Part shown: in pieces, positions 1 to 14,100 of the stretch
Layout: the number at the start of each line of letters is the position of its first letter
How positions within the stretch are numbered: position 1 is the first letter of the stretch
From: Azolla caroliniana
Lineage: Eukaryota; Plantae; Polypodiophyta
Direction of reading: 5' to 3'
Assembly (NCBI GenBank): GCA_043228905.1
Contig: JBHGNT010000009.1
Coordinates: 806,001 to 870,000, forward strand
DNA length: 64,000 nucleotides
The notes under the pieces: generated by a model
The model's input: the letters and a program-made list of their open reading frames with translations, nothing else
Told to the model about the DNA's origin: nothing
Database searches by the model: none
Made by a program: the position numbers and the translations under genes

Positions 1-927
1 GCGCATCTTAGTGCCTTCCCTCCATGGACTACCAACAAGAATTAGGCTCTACTCTGAAGAGCTAGGTCTCACAGTGCTGAAAGTGGTTTATGAGGGACTC
101 CCTGGCAGTGTTTCATTTGCAAATAGAAATGACACCTACCTAAGGAGTGTCCTCATAATATTGGAAAGGGAAGCTCAGGACCTCGAGCCTCGGGGAAGGC
201 CGCATCAACCAAGGGTGACGAGGCTCCTTGGCAGCCCGCTAAGAAGAAGGGAAAACTTGGAAGCCTAGGTGCGGCCTCCCCCCCTCTCAAGACCTTCCCT
301 TAGAAAGAAGTCCCACTACCTTGTCACCAGCAAGTGCGGACGAGCAACCCTTGAAACAGGTGAAGATCCTCTGAGGGAGTGTGGCGGCACACAACCTACA
401 AGTGTGAGCTACCAACATATTTACATTGCTCCAAGGGCTAGGGGATGGCGACCCAGAAGCATTGGCAGCAACGTTGTCCCCATGTTACTCCTTGTCCCTT
501 ACACACAAGATCCTCAGCTCGTGTTCCCCACCCCAATGGAGTTGCAACCACATCTTGTACTATCCACCTCAGAGGAGATGTTGGCAAAGGCCCCCCTCAT
601 GATGGAACGCGAATGTGGTGGTGACCTCAGATTAGTGAAATCGTGGATCCGAAAGGGCAAGATCAGGGGAAAAGGGAAGGGCAATATAGGCAAACCATCA
701 CCTAGTTTGGCAAGGACTGCTTGGGATAAATGGATGTAGGTTGTGCAACCACTTAGGAGCCAAAATGTATCGCAAGAACTATTTGAAGCGGGTCAAGATC
801 GTCAGGACGAGAATCCCTTAGGTGCTCTTCAGTCCTCATTGGAGCCCATACCCCCAGAAACAATTGTTTGTTTGCCCCATAACATGGGGATCAACCTGAA
901 CATGGGCGTCAACCTCACCGTTTTCGG

Positions 928-3650
928 ATGAGGATCCTAACGTGGAATGTACAGGGCCTTGGTGGAGGCCGGCAGCACCAAGAGTGCAAAAGACTTCGGG
1001 AGGAGTTGAATCCCCTTAATCTTGGGAGCAATATCGACATATTGCTTTTGCATGAACACAGTAAACCCCTTGTCAGGTGGGTGGACCACGTGGTGGTTGG
1101 CGGCACAAGGTGACCTCCACTGAAGGGGAGGGGTATGCATCTTGATTAGCAATAAGGCCCGATACAAAGTAACATCACATGCCACGTTGGTCGCAGGTAG
1201 AGCCTTATATGTGCTTCTGAAATGGAATCTCCTACAAATTGGGGTGCTAAACATTTATGCCCCTAACTCATCCCCCAAGAGAGCAAGGTTATGGACCCGG
1301 ATGTTAGCAACCACATTACCTGATGTAGAGGCATGGATAATGGCTGGTGATTTCAACATGATTGAGCACCTAGGAGATAGGAAACGGGGAACCCAAAGAC
1401 CAATTCATGGTGAAAGATACATGGGGCTCTTCCCTTAGAAGATGCTCACATTCGCTACACTTCTTTAGAGCTGTTGTAAATGTTAGGGGTGGTAGCCTTG
1501 CATGGCTAGACCACATATACATTAGCTCGTCCCTTGAAGAGTTGGGGGGCTCCTTCACTATCTTGGAAGGTCTTACCTTCTCTTATCACCAACTGATGAG
1601 ACTAGACCTTAACCCACCCAACGGCAGCAAGGGGAGTCTCAATGTGAAAATCCCCAGAAAGATCATGAAGAGTGCAGAGGTGAAGGCAGGCCTACAAAGT
1701 ATATGACGGGAGACCACTGTAAGTGAATCGGCCAGTGATTATTGCAGAAAAAATTGGCCCTCTCCACCTTTTTACAACAGGAGACCAAGCGGGCCCTCCA
1801 GCAGGTCAGAGCCATTGAAATAAAATTAAGGAAGTCTGTTGCGGCAGCACAATGGTTGCTACAGGCAAACCCTAGTTGCATTGGTCTAGATCTAAACTGG
1901 AGGAAGCAAAGATGAAGGTGTAGGAAAGGACGGCGGAGAGGAACCAAATGCTATTTAGAAGAACCGTGACATGGTGGGCTAGAACAGACGATAGGGTCAA
2001 CCGAAATTTCTTTCAATACAAGGCTCCTAAGGGTGGTGGTGGACGTATACAAGGGTTGTGCAAACCAGGCGGCTCAATAATGGAGGACAAGGTTGAGATT
2101 CTGCATATGGCAACACAATACTATCGAGACCTAGTTGCACCTATGGATATGAGGCAAAACACAGAGTTGGCTGATAGGGTGATGACTTGCATTCACCCCA
2201 AGGTAACCCAAGAGATGGAAGTTGTGCTCGATAGCCCCATTTCTCAATTAGAACTCTCGAAGGCACTCAGGGATTTGCAGAGAGGACCATGCCCTGACCC
2301 CGATGGTCTCTCACGCAATTTTTTTGAGATCCATTGGGAAAGCGTTATCCCGTCACTGGAAGCCGGGGTTCGGGAGATCTGGACCTCGAGAACGATGCCG
2401 ACCGGTCTGGCTGAGGGAATGATCCATCTCATTCCGAAAGCGGGAGTGGAGTTGTGCTAGTGGCGTCCAATAACGATCCTTAACACGATATACAAGATAC
2501 TCGCAAAAGTCCTCGCTTAGCGGTTAGCAGGCTTCTTACCAAACATTTTACATGAGAATCAAATAGGGTTTATCAGGGTTGAGGGGATTGCCCATTCCCA
2601 ATGCAAGTGAAGATCTTCTTTTATCTAAATATGCCGACGATACGGTCCTCTTCTTGCAAGGTGCTGAGGAGAATTTGCAACGGGTTGAACATCTAGTTGA
2701 GGACTTTTGTCAGGCCGTTGATGCCAAGGTCAATTGGGATAAAACCCAAGGCCTCTAGTTCAGCGGACAAGAGAAACCAAGGTGGCATCCCCATGCTGAT
2801 TTTACATGGGTCCCTGACGGGACGACGTTCAAGTACCTAGGATTTACAATGGGGTGGGCAATTACCAAGGGAGCGCAATTGTCCCATGTGCAAACCAAAA
2901 TAAGTAGGAAGCTGAACCAATTGAGTAGATCTAAATTATCCTTCGCTAGTAGGGTCTTTATTGCGAACCAAGTGATGCTCGCCAGCATGTGGCACTTGGT
3001 CTCATGTTGGATTATGGACCCTACAGGTTTGCATGCGATTAAGGTTGCCATCGTGGGTTTATATGGTCATGTAAGGACAACCCAATGGTTGCTGCCAAAG
3101 TGTTATCGTGTTGGTTAACGCAACCGCAAGCCAAAAGGAGGCTTGGCCTCATAGACCCCTTAACGTAGAGTCGTGCATTGCTGGCCAAAATGGTGGTCCG
3201 TTGCCTCCTACCAAGTAAGGGGTGTTGGAAGGTACTACTTCACAAGAGATTGCAAGTAGGGACTCCCAAGTATGGTAGGCCTTGGCCTAACTCCTTGAAC
3301 TAGTGTTGCACGAGCGGAGTCCCGCCCAAGATGGCTTGTCAACCGGAGGACAAGGTAACGAACTCCATCTTGCGGGCATGGTGTCATATGCGACAACATT
3401 TGGTCAAGCACACCCCGGAGACACGAATCGAGTGGACTAGACAACCTTTATTTTGGAATCCTCAGGTGCGAACAAGTGACGACATGATGTTAGGGCAGCT
3501 TAAGGGCCTAGCATGGGGAAAGTTGGCGCAGACAAGGCTTCACTCTATAGACGATTGGAGACGCATGGTTGCCTCAGGGGGAGCCCAAGAGGACCCATTC
3601 GCTCCCCTCAAGGGAGCTATGAAAATGCGGAGATTGATAGCTAAGGCAGT
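928..3650 (+). mobile_element. Degenerate non-LTR retrotransposon (L1/Tx1-like LINE) ORF2: APE endonuclease + reverse transcriptase, with frameshifts and stops; 1-927 is probably ORF1/spacer remnant
   Basis: Endonuclease motifs MRILTWNVQGLG (928), NIYAPNS, WIMAGDFNM and LDHIYIS. RT-region motifs PDPDGL, LIPK..WRPITILNTIYKILAK (~2430-2510), YADDT (~2630-2645) and FKYLG (~2830). The frame is broken many times. Confidence 0.93.
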
Positions 3651-6600
3651 TGAGATAGATAATGAAAATAGAGATATAAAATTTGAGGGTAAAGCTTCAA
3701 AGGAATATCCTTGAGTTTCAATTTAGTGGACCAGCGATATAGTTTCGTTCCCTCTTGATGTCGGTGATCTTGAACACCCTCTTGATTAAATGAATGTCTT
3801 AGATTGATGGGGAAGCTTAATGATATCTAGGTAAAGAGACCTACGAGGACAAGGATAACCACTACAACATGATAAAGTATCTCACATTACACAAAGATAA
3901 ATATTGAAATCTATCACATTTACTTGATAAGAAGTGACATAAGAGACCATAAAGGGTACCTAAGTATAGCTCCCTTGAATAATACTTTACATTTTGCGTC
4001 TTGAGTGGGTCAATCAGTTTGCTTCAATGCCATCTTTGATTTCTTCTTAAGTTCTAACACTTAACCTTGTGGTAGCCAAAACTAGAAATTGCTCAAGTGC
4101 CACCATTGGGTTGGCTTATCATCACACTTATCTTGACCCACCAAATGGTTGTGAGGTCTTTGTCGTTGCCTTTAGTCACTACCCCATGTAGATTGACACA
4201 TTCAACTTTTCTAACACTTACCCCCATGAGTCGACTTGTTTAGATGCTATCTCTTTTATACATAACTTCACGATAGAAATACATATAAGATCTTTCTCAA
4301 CCATATACACATTATGCACACGTTTATAAGGAGCTTTCATATACTTTTGACCATCTGCTTAAACTTTGGTTTACGAGGGTGTAATAATCAATGTATTTGC
4401 CAATCAAGTGATCATGTGGATGATAATTTAATTGAAATTAGTGTGAATGCTAATGTAAAAATAAGTGAAATGTTTAGTTCGAAATAACATGATGGTGTCT
4501 AAGATTATGACCGATTGCAGACAATATCTTTATTGGAAAATAAAATACTTAAGACTCAAGAGGATGTGTACTAATGTTTCTCAAGGGGTACTACTAATAT
4601 CATGCCCTAATTTTGCTAACTAATGCGGTGTTTTTTTGGAAATAAATAAAAAATACCATGCCCTAATATCCGGTGATGAAGACTTTGATTAGCCCCTAGA
4701 CCAATGGATGTAAATGCGCAAGTTGAAATGTAGAGGTTGTAGTTTAAAGGCAATGATTGACAACATTATCCTTCTCAAGAGTCTTGTTTTTGGATCAATA
4801 ATCACACAAATTTGGAAATAGTCAATGTCATAGACTTTTCATGTAGAGCAAGATAATGACGAAAGGATTGCCTATGTGCTTGTCAATAATGGGGCATATC
4901 TAAGACCACATGGTTTGGAAATCAGAAAAACTATTTCGATAACCAATACTGTATCTTATTTTTCGTGTTTCTTGTGCCGAAGTAAGTAACAATGTGACCA
5001 AGTTGCTCATCTCACTATCAATATTAAAAAATACTTGAGACGAAAGCATAAAGTAAAAGTTTGATATCTAATGGTGGCGAAATATGCATAATAATTTGTA
5101 CACTTCCTTTGCATCTCTTGCATATTGTTTATGGAAGAACAAACACTTAAAATCAATATTTGCAAGACTAGCATCAACATTTGAAAAAAATAATGCTTTG
5201 TTTCATGCCAACAAGATATGCATTATCGTATCCTATCTCAATGTTTCTATTTGGTGAAAATAATGCAAAAAACAATATACATTAGTTTTAGGTGCCAACA
5301 TTTTAAGAAAGTTGCATGAACATTATTATGCACATGTAAATCAATTGGTCTTTCATTGTAAAGAGAAGGTAAAGTATGATTTAGTATGTCGGGAGTGATC
5401 GTCTTTTACATATATTGTTGCTCTATACGTTATTCGATGCACTAAAAAATAACAAAAACAAATTTGTCATGCTGATGTATCAATTTGTTTATTCATATAT
5501 ATTGAATGTTTATCAAAGTTACTATTTCATATGAATTGGGAATAAACTATTAAAGATCAATATGTGTGTACATTATATCAGTCAATGCTTTTTAATAAGA
5601 CATACTTTAGACAATCAATATATTAGAATGACGGATGACAGGCTTAAATATAGCTCGAGATTGTTTGCTAATTGATGGAAAAGAAGGCTAATATAAAATC
5701 AGGTAGAGGCAAAAAAAAATTCCAAGAAAGACACTTTGAACGATATTGTTTAGATACTTCCGCAAATGATTAGTAGCAAATGGAAAATTAGGTATGGTAC
5801 CAATGTACCATAGAGGTCTCAACATGTCAAATGAAGTAGTTGTGACAAGAAGACCCACCATCATAGATCAAAGGATTTAGGGTTAGAATTGTGTTTCTCA
5901 CACTTTTGTTATATGCAGAAGAATTGAAGGCAATAACAAATATGAAACGATCAATATAACCATTTTAAAATAGTGTTTTACACCAACATCTCATCAACTG
6001 CACGAGGGATAACAATTCATATTAAGGATACTCACATCTATGCCTTGAAGGTTTGTTTTCACTATGGGATCTCGTGTTGGTGATAGAATGAATCCTTTCT
6101 AACTAAAGACCAATATGTAATATATGAATAAACAAAATTAAATCACGTTTTTTATATAGGAAACGTGGGTCAAGTGGCCAACTTTGTGATAATTTAAGAT
6201 AGGCCAATACTTGAGATGATTTTCTCCATTTTATTCTAGAGATCATGGTTGAATAAAAAAATCCACACTTTAGTATACATGGAACAATAACTTATTCATC
6301 ATTTTGAAAGCTATTACATGATTATTTGGGTGATAACAAAGACCAATTGTTCTGCTAAAGCTTGCCGTTTTCTGAAGATGAAGTTTGTAGCTAGATATCT
6401 TGCAAATTATTGTGCAAAACAAATATGTGATATTCAATATCATGTTATAGGTTAAGCTTTTTAGAGCAATTTTGTGAGTGACTCCCTTTGGAATGAACCA
6501 TTGAAAATTGTTATATTATTATCAAATTTAGCTCTTCTAGATTATGTAGACAATCCACACAATTGTTCTTATGCTTGTTTACATATAATGGACACATTTT

Positions 6601-9600
6601 GAGATCACTAATATGTGTGAATGGGTCATTTTCCTTTCTATTTCGAGAGAGAAAAAGTTTTGCTTGATCAATCAATGTGTTCCCTTTTTTACTATCTATT
6701 TCTTTTACTTACTTGTCATGAAAACATTTTTTCTTTTTTAGGAGCAATAGAAAACTTATACGTTGCAAACAAAGTAATATCAAGTGTACTTGTAGAAGGC
6801 TATTCTCAAATCACTATTCAAAAAAAGAAAAGTGCCAAGGTATTAGTGTTGACGTTCAAATTTATAGTTATCTTAGCTTTTGAAGCAATCCTTAATTGGA
6901 GATGAATTAACAACAATAAATTTAGGAGGTTAATCACACAATTTAAGTTCAAGCATTATGAATTCAATTTGAGTAAAAGGCAATCATTAATCCATTAATC
7001 ACATTCTACATTTGAAGCTTTATTAATCTGCTTGGAATTTAACATAGGTTTGCACCCTTGATAATTTTGCATTCTTAGTTTGATTGTAATTAAATGAAAT
7101 AATTAGGGGGCTCCTTTGATTCCATAGCGTTCATTGTTTCTAATTAATAATGGAAAGTTAATATTAATTTTTATATTCTTACACTTTGGTAACATGAAAA
7201 CATGGAATACTCTTCCTTTTTTATTATGGGTATAATAATTTATCGATGTCACATATAGCCAAATACTAATGCCATTGTCAAAAGACCATGCATTCCCTTT
7301 GGATCTTAGAGTTACAAGCTATTGTTTATTGATCATAGATCTATGCAAGCACACACATGCACGACATGTTACCCCATAGCTCTAGAAGGGACACCCCCAA
7401 AGTCCCAAACATTCTTAATTTCACCTCTTAAGAACATCATGGTTGATAATTTTCGGCATATAATACGATGCACTTCAAAACATTTATCCTCTTGTTGAAT
7501 TTTCTCCATCAAAATTTACTTACATCCTTCTTCTCAAGGATAACAAGGAAATTATGATCTTAAGGTTACATTCCATCAATATTTGCTCTTTAAATTAATC
7601 GGTTAAGTTCACCTTGAAAATTAGTCATTATCATATTTGAAGTTGATAATAAAATGTCCTGAAATTACTCAACGAGCAATCTATTCATTAAGATGTTGCC
7701 TTTGTAAATCATTCTTCACCTCGTATTAAGTAGCACTTCAATCTCAGTTCAAGTGACCTAGAATAACTTAACAGATACGATGATGTGTGCACACTCATAT
7801 GCTTCAATGATTCCTTACCTTTTTATGAACAACCTTTGAGCACATCTAAACACCTTCTCTTAGTGCAAACTAGACAAGAATCTTTAAACCAAGTAGCCCT
7901 TAACGTAACTTTGGCCATTTCGGAATATGTGCCCCAAGTTTTCTTTAATGAGACGAAAACTATGAAATAAGTTGACACTCATGTCTTACCTACTACACAC
8001 TTTGAAGGGAACTAAATAAGAACCTTCGAACCACGTCGAACTTAAGCTAAATTTGCCAACTCTGGGATATGTGCACATGGTCTTCTATAGTAAGACGAAA
8101 ACTAAGAAATAAATCGATGAAGTTTCTAACTTATTCTGTGAAGTTTCTTATATATATGTGTGTGTGTGTGTGTGTGTGAGACTTGGGTGATTTCTTCCTG
8201 TTTTCAAGAACATGTGTTCCTATGTATAACATCTCTAGTCATTCACATTCCTCAACTATGTTGAGTTAAGTTTCCAATTCTCACGTAATATATTTCTATT
8301 GTGAAGTCTTAATGACCTCAACATTATGTCATGTACATACACCCTTGACAAAGTCTCAAGTATTGAAATCAGAAACAACCATAATGAATTATAAACAATT
8401 TGATGAATAATAATATGGACAATAAATTACCAATGTGATTGTAATAGTCATTACAAAAATATTTTGCATTTGACTCAAAGTTTATGCACTAAGGACTAAG
8501 GTTCCATACCATTTGAAACACCAAGCTTAAAACACGGTAAGAGAACTTTCGTGAAGATAAGAAAGGCTTCTTCAATGCAATGGTGGATAGCAATCTAGTC
8601 ACCTCGTCCCAATAATTGGCATCCTTGACTACTAAACTCGTTATTGGTAACTAACTAAATTGCAAAGAACTATACTTACTATTATGCGGTAGAGTTGTTG
8701 TTTTAAGTCACAACGCTTTCTTGTCATGCCACTCGATGAAGACGATATCCCCGTAACCTAACTCAAATACAATAAATGGTGTGCCTCTTCTAAACATTAC
8801 AAATCAAGGGTTCCAATGAGTTTGTCTTGGACCTTATTCGGTCAATAACATTTTTTGAGATTCTTAATTTTTCGTTGTTGAATTCTTTCAACGCGAACAC
8901 CAATAACAACATCAATCTCTTTAATACATCCAATGAACACTACTCACAAAACTCATCAAACGAAATGATTCTAAAGAGAGAAATATCTAGGCATGGGAGA
9001 TGAAAACAATAGGAGTACACGACACAAACACACATGCAAACAACCATACATGACAATAGGGACACTCAACAAATTGTATATGCATATGCATATGTGACTA
9101 AGTGGAATCATCAACGCACATAAATATCCCTCAATGACCCTCTTAGCATGCCACATGTAACATGAGGGAAAGTGAAAAGACCCTAATGTGCATCAAGAGT
9201 GTATTAGAAAACTTTGAAATCCAATGCGAACTATGAGAGGGAAGAGCGAAGTTGAGACAATGCAACAAATTAGCCATTAACGTTTGATTGAATGCATATG
9301 CGAAGCCAAGAAAGTGTTGTAGCTTTTGGAGGCAAAGCCACTAATGCACCTTTTGTTAATTGGGTCAACAAATGAAAGGTAAAAACAACTTAAGCCATCA
9401 AAATAGGCACAACAAGGTTGAATATGCAACAAAGTTTCGATTTGACCCAAAACTAATTGATGTACCCATGAGCAAGTTGAATGAGCTCTCCACGGAGGCA
9501 TTGGAATATGGGGATGACTCACGGTTGCATATATGTAGATGTAAATTAAATGTGACCATAGATAGAGATTCTAGTACATATATCCATGGCACTAAAAGAG

Positions 9601-10443
9601 ACGACATAGGAGACTTGACGAGGAAATGGAATGAAAGGCATTTTATTGTAGGATATGATGAAATGGACACATTGACAATGAACAATGTTATAAATCATAT
9701 GGCACAACTAAACCTACTAAATAATGTAACATAGGATTTTGACGAGAGGTCAAAAGGAGCCCAAGTAACTTATGGCACCACAAGGAATCGATGAGAGTGG
9801 CACCATGTATGTTCAACATAGACGTGGAATTTTGAGGCAACCAAGAAGACATTCCTTTAACCGCAAGACATAGCAAACAGAGATTAAGTATCCAAGTCAC
9901 AAACATGACCTTAGATGAAGTCGAATCAACGATGAAACTTCGAATCCAAGCGTGCGACGTTGCACTTAAAGAGGCGAGGAGAGAGAGACAATCTGAGGAC
10001 CAAACCTGGATTTTGAGGGTGAGTTATGAGACTTGATAGGATGGAAGGGAGCGAGCGAGGTGGTATTTTAGCCGAGTACATGAGATAGCATTAGCAGCAT
10101 GGATATAGATGGAAAGGGATTGAGCCACATGGGATGAAGGTCATCGACACAGAGAGCAATGAGGCGGCACGGAAAAGACGTAGAGCAGGTAGGGGCAGAA
10201 TGACTTGCGTATGTGAGGATATGGACACTTAAGTGAGAGTGCGTGGACAAAAAAAAAACAGAAAGAGAAGAAGAAAAGCAAAAAATGGTGGTGGTGATGT
10301 CCAAAGCTTCCTTCTTTCTTCGTTGCTGTCCTTTTTCATTCATGTTGTAAGGGAAGGGAAAAAAGTAGAGAACAATGGAAAGCTTTTTTGTTTTTGATTT
10401 TTGGGTCTCCCAATTCTTCATTCGTTTCTTCTTTTTCTTCTTC

Positions 10444-10478
<35 letters not shown>

Positions 10479-11198
10479 GGATGGGGATGACATTTTCTGC
10501 ATACAAACTGAACTGACCTGACCAGACCTGACTCCTTCCTCTCCCTCCCTCCCTTTCGGTTACCCTCTTCTCGCCACTGCTTGCCTTCTCTGTCTGTCTG
10601 TGCTTGAAGCTTTCATAGCCTCGCGCACATTTCGAGCTCCTCTTCATCAGATCGAAGATCTTTTCCTATAGTCCTCTCTCTCTCTCTCTCTCTCTCTCCC
10701 CCGAACTGCAGCACGCCTTTTTCCGTCTTTTCAGTGCTTGATCGACTCGGGGAAATCGCTCCTTTCGATTAGAAATTTCGGCTTTCTTCTTCTTCCTCCT
10801 CTTCTTCTTGGAATCTATCTTCTTCTGTGATGTTAGGGTTTCCTGCTAGATCAATTCAGGAATAACGCGTTTTGATCAGAAACTTTGAATTTACCTTCGT
10901 CAGAGCAGATCATATCTATCGGGAAATTTACCTTATTCTTCGTTTTTCTTTAGAGATCCTTAGTTTTGAGCAGAAACTTGGATACTTCTTTTTTCAGAAA
11001 TTCCACGTTTCGAACAGAAATTTTGCCTTCTTTTTCTCCTGATCCGCAGATCAAGAAACGACATATTTTTTCTCTTCTACTGCAAGTTAGGTTCTCTCCT
11101 TCTCCCTCACTCTCTCTTTTTGTGCTTTGGTTCTTTCCTTTTCAATCAATGTCGGCCTTCCCAACAACAGAAGAGGCGTTTGGATGAGATAATGAGGG

Positions 11199-14100
11199 AT
11201 GCTAGCGAGTATAGTTCGATTTGTGTCTTCTTGCTGGCGAGCAGCAGCAGAGTATGGAAATGATGCTCAGAGTGATCTCTTATCTGCACAGGACATAGGT
11301 CGCCATGGCTACGGTGACTTCTCTTCTGCTTCTCTCCAAGCGAATCAGCTGAATGAGGACTGTTTCCAAGTGGAAGCTTCACCGCCTTTCGGAGGTGTCT
11401 TCATAGGTATCTATGATGGACATGGCGGGCCTGAGGCTTCACGATTCATTCAAGATCGCCTCTTCCCTCATCTCACAAGTAAGTTTCTTGTTCTTGTTTC
11501 TTCCTCTTTGTTCTTTGATCTTGATGTTTGTGCTGCTCTTCTTTACTTTTCCTTCGTTGCTGTCACTCCTTGGCATCTGTTCGTTATTGTATTTATTTTT
11601 CCGTAGTTCTTTCTCTTCAACTTTATCATTACCTTTCCCTGATGATGACGATGATAGTGGTGAGCTTTTTGTTTCTTGGATATTTTCTTCATGTTGAGAT
11701 GACAGATTGCTCATAATTTTCCTTCATGCTGATGTAAAATTTTGCTAAAAATATCATTCAATACGAGAAAGGTGCTCAAATTTACACTGATATTGAGATG
11801 AAACGTTTTTCTAATTTCATTTATGTTGCTCAAAGTTTCATTCATATTGAGATGAAACATTCTTCGAATTTTCGTTCACATTGAGCTGACAACTTGGTCA
11901 AAATTTCATTCAAGTTAATGTTAAATGCTGCGCAAATTTTCCTTTTTGTTCCTGACGAGCGAAAACATTCCTCAACAATTTGTGCATGGAAGATAAATCG
12001 TGATATGTAGGTCAATTTTTTACATTCATTTTAAGATGAAATGTTTCTCCCAATTTCACTCATATTTTCATTATCTTAGAGTTGAAATGCTCCTAAAATT
12101 TCATCCATGTAGAGAAAACCTGAGGTGAGATGTTGCACAAATTTCGTTGATGTTATGACGAAATGGTACTCAAGGGTTCGTTCATGTTCATCCAAAATGT
12201 TGTACAAATAAATCCCTGTCAAGATTTAAGGCATGCCTAAATATCACTAATGTTCACATAGAATGTTCTACAAAGAAACCCCCATCTTTTGAGATGTTGT
12301 TTGATTTCATTCATGCTATAGTGTTTTCATTGTAGCATTTCATTCATGTTGAGATATGGAAAGATTTGCGCATATTTCATTCATATTCTAGAATGTTATT
12401 CTTAACATTTCATCGATGTTCATTCATGGTCCTGAATTCTAGGGTTTGCCTCGGAGATGGGTGGCATGTCAGAAACAGTTATTCGGATGGCAGTCGATGC
12501 GACTGAAAAGGAGTTTGAGGCGGTGGTTGTTGATGCATGGCCTACGAATCCGCAACTCGCGTCTGTCGGATCTTGCTGCCTGCTTGGTGTTATTTGCGAT
12601 GGGAGGATTTATATTGCTAATCTTGGGGATTCCCGTGCAGTGTTGGGAAGCGTGTACAAAGCGACAGGAGCGGCAACAGCTCTGCAGTTGACAACTGAAC
12701 ATAATGTCGCAATTGAGGCAATACGTGAAGAACTGAAAGCCCTTCATCCTGATGATCCACATGTTGTTTTGCTACGCCATGGAGTTTGGCGTGTTAAGGG
12801 CATTATTCAGGTTCTCTCCTAGTCTCTCTCTTTTCCTTCTGTCACTTGTCCCTGATGTGCACCTGATGTGTTTGAGAAATTTCTTTCTTTTAACCAGCAA
12901 AGTCTCTGCCTTCCATAGGCAAGTTCAAAATTTCCACTGGCATTTTAGTGATTGATTGAGAGAACCTCTCTCCATGAAGCTGTTGCAATTGCAAGAATTT
13001 TAGATCAGTTTATATCACTTAATGAATTAGCTAGGTGTATAATAAACAATCTACACATGACATGGCTCATGGCCCACTATGATTCAATGCTATTAAATCT
13101 TAGTGGAACATGGCTCTACAGTACTGCATCATATGCCAAGAAAGTCATGGATATAAATACCTTAAAACGCACTATAAATCCAAATATTTAGGAAAACTCC
13201 AAGTTTCTCGAAATCAAATAACGTTAAGTAGAAGAAACCTGCACGGTTATTAAAAAACATAAAAAATGGTGTGCAACAATTTTTTAATGGGTTATTTTTT
13301 CATAACATAATTCTATTAAATATGAATGAGATGCGACTGTTACCAGAAGTCAGGACATCATTCTCATGTACTTAGACCTCACAAAAAGCTTAAAGATACG
13401 ACATGTGCATATTTTCATTTAGCTTATTAGAAGTGACAAGTCTGCATGTCATCATTACCATTTATAAACATTGCTCAATCCTGATTTAAATTATAAAGAT
13501 ACATGCAGGTCTCAAGGTCTATTGGTGATATGTATTTGAAGAAGCAAGAATTCAATAGAGAACCACTCTATGCACGGTTTCGTGTAACAGAACCACTTTT
13601 GCGTCCTGTTCTCAGTGCAGAACCTACTATTTTAGTGCATGATCTTCAGCCGAATGACCGCTTTTTGATTTTCGCATCTGATGGTTTATGGGAACATCTG
13701 AGCAATGAAGAAGCCGTTGACATAGTGAACAATCATCCACACAGGGTATGGTTCAATGATCATTTCTTTCAATAAAATTGTTGAAGTAAACATATGTGTA
13801 TGCACATCGATAACCTTGATAGGACTCACATATTAAGGGTAGAGATGGAGCATGTGGAGTTTGGGGATAGCTATGGTCTGGACTCTTGAGATGGACCAAG
13901 TTTTAATAGATATAACCCCTATGCTTGGACTCTACTGCATGGAAAAATCCACCCACATGCAAATGAGTATCTCTAGCCTTAATATTGACTCCTAATCAAG
14001 TTTATTTATTTGAAATTCATTCAACTGATTATGATTGCCAAGGGGAGGCCCATTTGCATGTATATTCCATTGCTTTTTGCCCATAAACAGATATAATCCT

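Noticed and set aside
3700-10050. Long AT-rich region with short ORFs (e.g. 9360-9734) that may be decayed transposon sequence
   Set aside because: I could not identify a diagnostic motif, terminal repeat or consistent splice pattern. A translated search against TE libraries is needed.
11680-12430. CRISPR-like appearance of the palindromic repeats
   Set aside because: Units are contiguous and degenerate without unique spacers. The context is a eukaryotic intron with no cas genes.
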